DNA from: Paraspadella gotoi
Lineage: Eukaryota > Animalia > Chaetognatha
NCBI GenBank assembly: GCA_051294375.1
Contig: JBJCIZ010000482.1
Location: forward strand, 1 to 7,231
Direction: 5' to 3'
Length of the DNA: 7,231 nt
Shown: piece by piece, positions 1-6,552 of the stretch
Numbering within the stretch: the stretch's first letter is position 1
Layout of the letters: every line of letters begins with the position of its first letter
Position numbers and translations under genes: made by a program
Notes under the pieces: generated by a model
What the model was told of the DNA's origin: nothing
Database searches by the model: none
Seen by the model: only the letters and a program-made list of their open reading frames with translations

Positions 1-160
1 TTAAAAAAACTTCTTGGACGCCCATTTTCTCCATCTAATTGTAATTTTATTTTTTCTGTTTATCATATGATAATAATTTATAATATCAATTTCCATCTTC
101 TATTATCTTAAATCAATTAAAAATTTGTTCAAATTCAATCGATCCCCTTCTTCCCCTCAG

Positions 161-312
161 ATTTCCGACCCACGATCAACCACTGCGCGCACCGACGCGC
201 GCTCCGTTGTCCGCCGACGCCGTTGCGTTTTCGGCGAGCCCCTTCCTCCCACGCGCCTCGTCGACATTCCGCCGTTCCTGCCGACGGAGACCAACGTCCT
301 CTTCACTTTCAA
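161..312 (+). CDS. Probable internal exon of an unidentified host gene
   Basis: GC-rich island in AT-rich DNA, preceded by a polypyrimidine tract and AG (cccttcttcccctcAG, ending 160) and followed by a donor-like AA|GTGAGA (313-318). All three + frames are open; one reads ...VFGEPLPPTRLVDIPPFLPTETNVLFTF. Product not recognised. Confidence 0.55.
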
Positions 313-577
313 GTGAGAATTTGGGGGGGCGGGGAATCAGGCGATTGGAGTAAAAAAATTGAGTTGAATAGAATGCGGATGATTAATACTCATAACTTAA
401 CTTATAAACTTAAAATATAACTTAATTATGAATAACTGATAAAACTACAATATTTGTTACAACTGTAAAACTTTTCAAGGCCTTAAAATGTCTTTTCAAA
501 AAATCCGAGAGAAAAAAAAACTAGAGAAAGGGAAAATCGAATTTCCTGCGCAAATGAATCGCGGAAAAAAAGCACGG

Positions 578-822
578 TGTTGGCAGCAACAACACGCACG
601 ACCTTATCAGATCAAGAACCATAAGTCCAAAATTATCCTTCTCACTCAATCCTGAACAGGCCACACGTGTCTCAGCATGACTCCTCCCGGCTGTCCTCAG
701 CTCAGCTCAATTGTAAAGTTTATTGTTACTGTTTAGACTTAGCATTTTCTCTTGTTGATTTTTGTATTTGTTGTTAGAATAAATTCAGTTCTCATCCTGA
801 ACTCGTCCCGTTTCTTGCCACA
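578..822 (+). repeat. 5' LTR (~245 bp)
   Basis: Begins TGTTGGCA and ends TGCCACA (TG...CA with an imperfect terminal inverted repeat), has AATAAA at 778-783, and ends 2 nt before the PBS. The 3' boundary is well supported; the 5' boundary rests on the inverted repeat only because the second LTR is outside the window. Confidence 0.7.
778..783 (+). promoter_or_regulatory. LTR polyadenylation signal AATAAA
   Basis: AATAAA 39 nt upstream of the LTR 3' end, a usual position. Confidence 0.6.
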
Positions 823-824
823 CG

Positions 825-843
825 TGGTGAGCCCTAGTGAATT
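825..843 (+). promoter_or_regulatory. Primer binding site, tRNA-Trp-like (imperfect)
   Basis: TGGTGAGCCCTAGTGAATT compared with the complement of the animal tRNA-Trp 3' end, TGGTGACCCCGACGTGATT; starts 2 nt after the LTR terminal CA. Confidence 0.72.
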
Positions 844-921
844 AAAAAAAAAAAAAAAAAAAAATTTTAAACAACCCAAACGACATTCACGTTTGACTCG
901 CATTTTTTTTTTTCCTTTTCA

Positions 922-941
922 TATATTGTGGCCACAATATA
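922..941. other. Perfect 20-bp palindrome in the element leader
   Basis: TATATTGTGGCCACAATATA is its own reverse complement. Confidence 0.95.
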
Positions 942-1069
942 ATCACGTTTGGTTTTCGTTTTTGTTTGTTTGTTTTTGCATCGTTTTAACAGTTGATATA
1001 AACTGGCTTCACGGGATCTCACCAGACTCCACTCCCTTCCGAGCCGCGCCCGACCCATTCGCAACACGT

Positions 1070-2306
1070 ATGCAACGCCGGCAGACGAAGAGAAGAAGTT
1101 GTGGCCTCCAACAATCAAAACGCGAAGGCACAACGCGCGCGAAGGTGAGATGACCCCTTTGTTAGAAGCAAGCCGACGACCCCAATGCCAATTGCCCCTC
1201 AGGTTTCCAAATTTTCGGAACAGTTGAGGAGGTCAACAAGACCTTCGAACTCAGGAAGGGCAGGTCGCTGATTTTGATGGCAAACTTCCAGCCTGGCCTC
1301 TACCGACTCATGCCTGGAGCTGAGGGGTGCCCCACAGGTCGACTTGCGCCCTCGAGTGAATGGCGTCCCCACAAACTGGGCGACTCATGCGCGCCCTCGA
1401 GCTGAGTCGCCATGGGTCCGAACTTCCCGCGCCCCCAGACGCCAAAACTCCCCGCTGTTCGACCAACATATTGTCGACCTGGTTGAGAACTGCCGAAACT
1501 TTGCGTTTTGAAAGTGCGTGCGACCGTCTCGATGAGCTACCAGATAAGGCGCAGACCGTACTGCTTGCAGCAATCCCTGCAGACCGTCAACCTGCCATCT
1601 AGACCCCAACATTCGCAAGACAAAGCAGAGGGCGCCTACCTCCAGCTCGTCAACCGCCACACTCAGCCGTCTATGATGAAATTAAGCCCAACGGGCTGCA
1701 AAGTTTTGCTGAGGGATGATCGTCTTTGAAGAGTAGACCCTACACCCTCCTCTCACAACACTCCTCAGGCCGTCTCTCTCCGGTCCCAAGCAGACAGATC
1801 TCACTAAAGATGACATCCTCTTGGCCCTCCTTACTGCCTCCCTGCCTGCCTCTGTGCGCGACCACGTCCAGAAAGAAGACGAGAGCCTCGACTCTGTAGC
1901 CAAAGCGGCCACCGCTTTCTACTCTCCGTCTGGACAACTCCGGAACCAAACGGCTGCAGTGAACGCCGTCACGTTCACAACACCATTCGAAGAACCCTCG
2001 GACGAACCTGTTGAGCCCCCGGAAGAATTCGCAGACACGGAAATCGAGACGGTCCCAATGTCATATGCCAATGCCGTCAAGAGGACCTTTTCAAAAACAC
2101 CACTACGCCTACGAAACCAACAACAGCAACGCCGACCTCAACAACCACGACAGCAACGACGACCACCATCACAGTTTCGTACTCAGAACCCGGTCCCTCC
2201 TGGTGAAGATAGATGTGTCTTCCATTACATCTATGGCACCAGGGCAAGGCAATGCGATGGACCACCCTGCAGCATGGCGTCAAACGCCAACGCCGGCGGC
2301 CGTTAG
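1070..2306 (+). pseudogene. gag: gag, multiply frameshifted in its 5' half (decay or sequencing indels); 3' half (~1760-2306) open
   Basis: Fragments stitched across frames: KLP/PLFDQHIVD/TWLRTAETLRFES (~1445-1515, like KLPxF...W...E..F), AYLQLVNR, LLRDDRL/SRP, then in one frame LLTASLPASVRDHV...LDSVAKAATAFY...CVFHYIYGTRARQCDGPPC...SNANAGGR-TAG(2304-2306). The start at ATG 1070 is tentative. Confidence 0.85.
1304..1406 (+). repeat. Short degenerate tandem repeat (~2.6 copies; starts at 1304, 1340, 1381) within 5' gag
   Basis: cgactcatgcctggagctgaggggtgccccacaggt / cgacttgcgccctcgagtgaatggcgtccccacaaactggg / cgactcatgcgcgccctcgagctgag. Confidence 0.8.
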
Positions 2307-2323
2307 TCGCCCGCGTCGCCGGC
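2279..2323 (+). promoter_or_regulatory. Putative gag-pol -1 programmed ribosomal frameshift signal
   Basis: G_TCA_AAC in the gag frame (2279-2285), 6-nt spacer, then a 9-bp stem GCCGGCGGC(2292-2300)/GTCGCCGGC(2315-2323) whose loop holds the gag stop. The pol N-terminus (RRPLVARVAGRTDSNLFYLRD) is in the -1 frame. Confidence 0.65.
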
Positions 2324-2661
2324 CGAACTGATTCCAACCTCTTCTACCTGCGCGACGCGGACGCCGGCGTGGAGTGGTGCTCGTCGATGGTGGTTCAGAG
2401 GCAACCCTCTTGCCGCTACCGAAGCTGATCGCGCCAAGGCAGCAAACAATCCGCCGCAGTCAAAGCGGCACTCGACGCTGCCCAACTTCCCAACCCTCCA
2501 CGCCGCAAATGACACACCCATCAAGATCTACGGTCTTCGAGAGATGCAAATTCGTCTTGGCTCCCGAGCGTATCCTTACCTCGTAGCCCTTGCAGATGTG
2601 GCCACGCCCATCCTCGGAGCAGATTTCTTGATGGAACACCACCTGGGCGTCGACCATCGAC
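2282..2661 (+). pseudogene. pol: pol N-terminus: retropepsin aspartic protease (two frameshifts near 2375 and 2413; truncated by gap)
   Basis: NLFYLRDADAGVEW / LVDGGSEATLLP / ATEADRAK...TLHAANDTPIKIYGLREMQIRLGSRAYPYLVALADVATPILGADFLMEHHLGVDHR matches the Gypsy protease pattern LxAANxxxIxxYG...ADVxxPILGADFL. Confidence 0.9.
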
Positions 2662-2686
2662 NNNNNNNNNNNNNNNNNNNNNNNNN
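2662..2686. other. Assembly gap (25 N)
   Basis: Run of 25 N between the protease and the tandem array. Confidence 0.99.
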
Positions 2687-5600
2687 TAACAACAGAAAAC
2701 GACTTTTTTCGTCGCTAAAAAGATAGGGGGGTGAAACTGTTAAAAAATTAGACAGAAAACGATTATTTTTCAATGTAAAAGAGAAAATAAAAAACTTTTA
2801 AACAAAACGGCAAAACGGTTTTTCCATGTAAAAATATAAAAAAAAACACCGATAAACGACTTTTCCTAAAGTTAAAAATGATAAAAACGTTAAGTACAGC
2901 GGAGACGCAATATTCCAAAGAGATAACAACTTTAAAAAACAAAGAAAAACGCTTTTTCCAATGTAAAACAGAAGATAAAAATTTAAAACACGGAAAACGA
3001 TAATTTTCAAAGAAAAGAAATAAAAACGTTAAATAACTTATCTGCAAATAACAATCCATCGAGGTTGTTAAAAATTAGAGGTGAGGGACAGTATAATTTA
3101 AATATCTTTTTTACTCAAACAACATTTCCTTTTCTTTTATTTTTATGTCTCCTTCTCGTACTTCTTTTTCTCATGTTAATTTTATGTAGCTATCATCTCT
3201 CACTCTCAATAGAATAAGAAACGTTAAAGTACACAGAAAACGACTTATTTTTCTGTAAAAAGATATGAAAACTTAAAATAACAGAAAACGATTATTTCTT
3301 CAATGTAAAACAGAGAATAATAACTAGTATAAAAAAAAAAGGCAACGTTTTTTCCAATGATAAAAAGAGTTAAAAACAAGACAGGACCATGATATACGAC
3401 TTTTCTAAAAGTAAAAAAGTAGATACGAAATTACGTTAAAAATACAAACTAATCCTAAGTCGGAAGAGGCACAAAGTAATGCAGACGAACGACCGGCAGA
3501 CGGACAATTTCCAAAAAGATACAAACTTTAAAAACAAGAAAAACGCTTATGTTCCAAGTAAAAAGAGATAAAAAAAATTTCAATAAACACCGGAAAACGA
3601 TAATTTTCAAAGAAAAAAAGAATAAAAACGGGTTAAATACTTCTGCAAATAACATCATCGAGGTGTGATTAAATTGGTGAGGACAAGTTATCTAAATATC
3701 TTTTTTAATCAAAACAAACAAATTTCCTTCTTTTATTTTTATGTCTCCTTCTCTCATCCATCTTATTCTCTTAATATTTATGTAGCTTTCTCTCACTCTA
3801 CATAAGAAAAACGTTATACAGCCAAAAACCGATCTTTTCCTGATGTAAAAAGATTGAAACATTTAAAAATTAACAGAAATAACAATTTTCCAATGTAAAG
3901 AAAGTTAAAAACTTTAAAAAAAAAAGCAAAGGTTTTTTCCAATGTAAAAGAGTATAAAAAACAACCGATAAACGAACTTTTCATGAAGGTAAAAAAGTAA
4001 TAAATGTTAAATAAAACAGGGAAACAACAAAACCAATAATGCCGAGCAGACGATATTTCCAAGAGATAACAACATTAAACAAAGGAAAATAAACGCTTTT
4101 CCAATGGTAAAAGAGATAAAAAAAATTTCTAAAAAACACGCAGGAAAAGATATTTCAAAGAAAAGAAATAAAAAAAACGGTTAAAATACTTTGCAAATAA
4201 CATCATATGGTTTTGGTAAAAAGATTGGGTGAGGACAGTTTATTAAATAATCTTTCGTTATCAAACAAACAAATTCCCATCTTCTTTTATTTATATGGCT
4301 CATTCTCTCTCTCTTTTCTCTTTAATTTTATGTAAGCTTTCTCATCACCTCTCAAAGGAGATAAAACGTTTAACAAGTACCAGAAAACGACTTTTTCTCC
4401 TGTGAGAAAGAATGAAGAACGTTTAGAAAAATAACCAGAAACGATTTTTCCAAATTGTAAAAAGAAATAAAAACTTAAAGAAAAAAGAAAAGCGGCAAAA
4501 CGTTTTTCCTAAATGTAAAGAGTTAAAAAACACCGGATAAAAACGAACTTTCTGAAAGTAAAGGATAAAAACGGTTAAATAAGAAAAAAGCGGCAGACAT
4601 ATTTCCAAAGAGATAACTAACTTTAAAACAAAAGAAAAACGGCTATTTTCACAATGTAAAAAAGATAAAAATTTCTAAAAACCCGGAAAACGATATATTT
4701 TAAGAAAAAGAAAAAGAAATAAAAACGTTAAATCTGTCTGCAAATAACAATCATCGAGGTTGTTAAAATTGGGTGAGCGCTGAGACAGTATATTCTAAAT
4801 ATCTTCTTAAATGACAAAAAACAAACAAATTTTCCTCTCTATATTAATTTAGTCATCCTTCTCTCTTCCTTTTCTCTTTAATTTTATGAGCTTTCCTCAC
4901 TCACTTCCATAAATAAACGTTAAATTACACAGCCAGAAAAAACGGACTTTTTCTCACTGTAAAAAAGGATAGTGAAAAACTTTAAAATAACAGAAAATCG
5001 AATTTTTCCAATGTAAAAAGAAATAAATATTAAAAAAAAAAAAAAAGAAACGGGCAAAACGTTTTTTTCCAAAGTAAAGAAAATATAAGAAAACAAAAAA
5101 CACTAAACCGATAAACGACATTATTACTAAAGTAAAAGTGATAAAACGCGTTAAATACAGTCGGCAAGAGCAGAACGATATCACAAAGAGATAAACAAAC
5201 TTAAAGAAAACAAAGAAAAAAAACGCTTTTTTCCCAATGTAACAAAGAGATAAAAAAATTCTAAAGAAACACGAAAAACGATAATTTCAAAGAAAAGAAA
5301 TAAACGCTTAATAACTATGATCTGCAAAATAACACAATCGGGTTGTTAAAATGGGTGAGGAACAGTTATTAATAATCATTTTTATCAAAAAACAAACAAA
5401 TATTATCCTCTCATGTTTAATTTTTATGTCTCCTTCTCTCTCTCTTTTCTCTTTGAAAATTTTAATAAGAGTACTATCTCGTCAACTCATGTCAAAAGAT
5501 AAAAACGTTAAAAAATCAAAAGCAGGCCAGAGAAAGACTTTTTCCTCTGTAAATAAGATATAAAACATTAAAAAATAAACAGAAAACGCGATTTTTTCAA

Positions 5601-5838
5601 TGTAAAAAAATAAAACTTTAAAAAAAAACGGACAAAACGTTTTTTCCAAATGTAAAAAGAGATTAAAAACACACCGATAGAAACGACTTTTCTAAAGTAA
5701 AAAAAGTGATAAACGTTAAATACAACAAGCGGCAAAGACGGAATATGTCAAAGAGAAACGCACAACTTTAAAACAAAAGAAAAAAAAAACGGCTTTTATC
5801 TCCAACCAATGTAAAGAAGAGTAAAAATTTCTAAAACA
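2687..5838. repeat. AT-rich tandem array, ~550-600 bp monomer x ~5.5, each with ~7 diverged ~45 bp subrepeats plus a ~200 bp unique block
   Basis: Marker GCAAA(A)TAAA/C..CATCGAGGTTG recurs at 3044, 3645, 4193, 4740, 5324 (spacings 601, 548, 547, 584). Subrepeat is roughly ACAGAAAAACGATTTTTCCAATGTAAAAGAGATAAAAACGTTAAAT. Copies differ mainly by small indels. Confidence 0.93.
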
Positions 5839-5865
5839 ACCACCGCAGAACAAGTGGCAAGCGCC
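5839..5865 (+). pseudogene. Possible short integrase remnant (TTAEQVASA)
   Basis: ACC ACC GCA GAA CAA GTG GCA AGC GCC resembles the TAExVAxA helix lying ~50 aa before TTAYHP in Gypsy integrases and is in the same frame as 6553 onward; only 9 codons. Confidence 0.45.
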
Positions 5866-6550
5866 CGCCGTCTGTCTTTGGCAAACAGGGATTTATGGTA
5901 TCATTTGCAAGAGATCGGATCTTGAGACGAGACTGTTTTTCTCCCGCGTAATGCCTGGGAATTGTGAAAAAGTCCATCGCAGGTGGCGGATTAATAGTGT
6001 ATATCATAAAACGGTCAGAGTAAACACGGAATAGAGGTAGAGAGCACATATTAGCGTCGCTCAGATAGTTACTCCACAAGATCGGATGCTGGAGCACAAT
6101 ACATGGAGTATACATCGAGCCGCCGTGAAACGTGGAGTAGTGAGGGAGAAGATGAGCCACTTATTGGGGCGGAAGGTATGAGAGCGGCGCGAGCAGATAG
6201 ATAATAGCCTAGATTCCAATCCCTTTTTTATCACTATCATTGAACTCTGCACACATCTATCAGACAAGTGAGTTTGGTCGGGGAGGCCGAGATATTCGTC
6301 CTGTGCGCGGTGTCGTAGATCCGAATTTTAATGTCCCGTTCTCGGACCTTTGGTTGGAATGTGGTGCTCAACCCATGCTTTGGGAGGTGCCGCGTTGAAG
6401 ACCAAGCTTCGTGAGTTCTGGTCGCTCGTTCAACACAGTGATGAGTAGGAGTCGGCGGACATGGTGGACGCGCAGTGGTGCTGCGGCAAGGGCCTTGCGG
6501 GCATGGCCGGCGATGACGCTGAAATCATCAAGGTTGAGCAGGATGCCCGG
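5866..6550. other. Unidentified non-repetitive segment, not recognisably element or satellite
   Basis: Balanced base composition, stops in the integrase frame (e.g. TGA 5923-5925 and 6535-6537), no clear RT/RH/IN motifs; the last ~170 bp is GC-rich and coding-like. Confidence 0.6.
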
Positions 6551-6552
6551 CC

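Noticed and set aside
752-1153. 133-aa + ORF and overlapping 88-aa - ORF
   Set aside because: They run through the LTR end, PBS, A21 and T tracts; chance open frames.
1385-2773. Minus-strand ORFs over gag and protease
   Set aside because: Antisense shadows of GC-rich coding sequence with no motifs of their own.
2763-5563. F/L/K-rich ORFs inside the tandem array
   Set aside because: Low-complexity translations of A/T tracts; frames are not preserved between monomers.
2687-5838. CRISPR-like reading of the ~45 bp periodicity
   Set aside because: No identical repeats with unique spacers; the intervening sequences recur each monomer, the context is eukaryotic, and no cas genes are present.
5912-6087. 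AGATCGGA resembling an Illumina adapter start (two copies)
   Set aside because: Both continue with T rather than AGAGC, so they are not adapter sequence.
5831-6267. 109-aa and 68-aa minus-strand ORFs in the foreign segment
   Set aside because: No recognisable motif, they overlap each other, and one runs into the satellite.
6273-6362. FGRGGRDIRPVRG...NF...SDLWLE loosely resembling the missing integrase stretch
   Set aside because: Spacing is wrong, the catalytic Asp motif is absent, and it lies ~190 nt from TTAYHP in another frame; probably coincidence, though a very noisy copy cannot be excluded.
6268-6438. GTGAGT donor-like sites (6268, 6411) suggesting the segment is spliced out
   Set aside because: They are internal, not at the segment boundaries; no GT-AG pair restores the integrase, and ~40 codons would still be missing.
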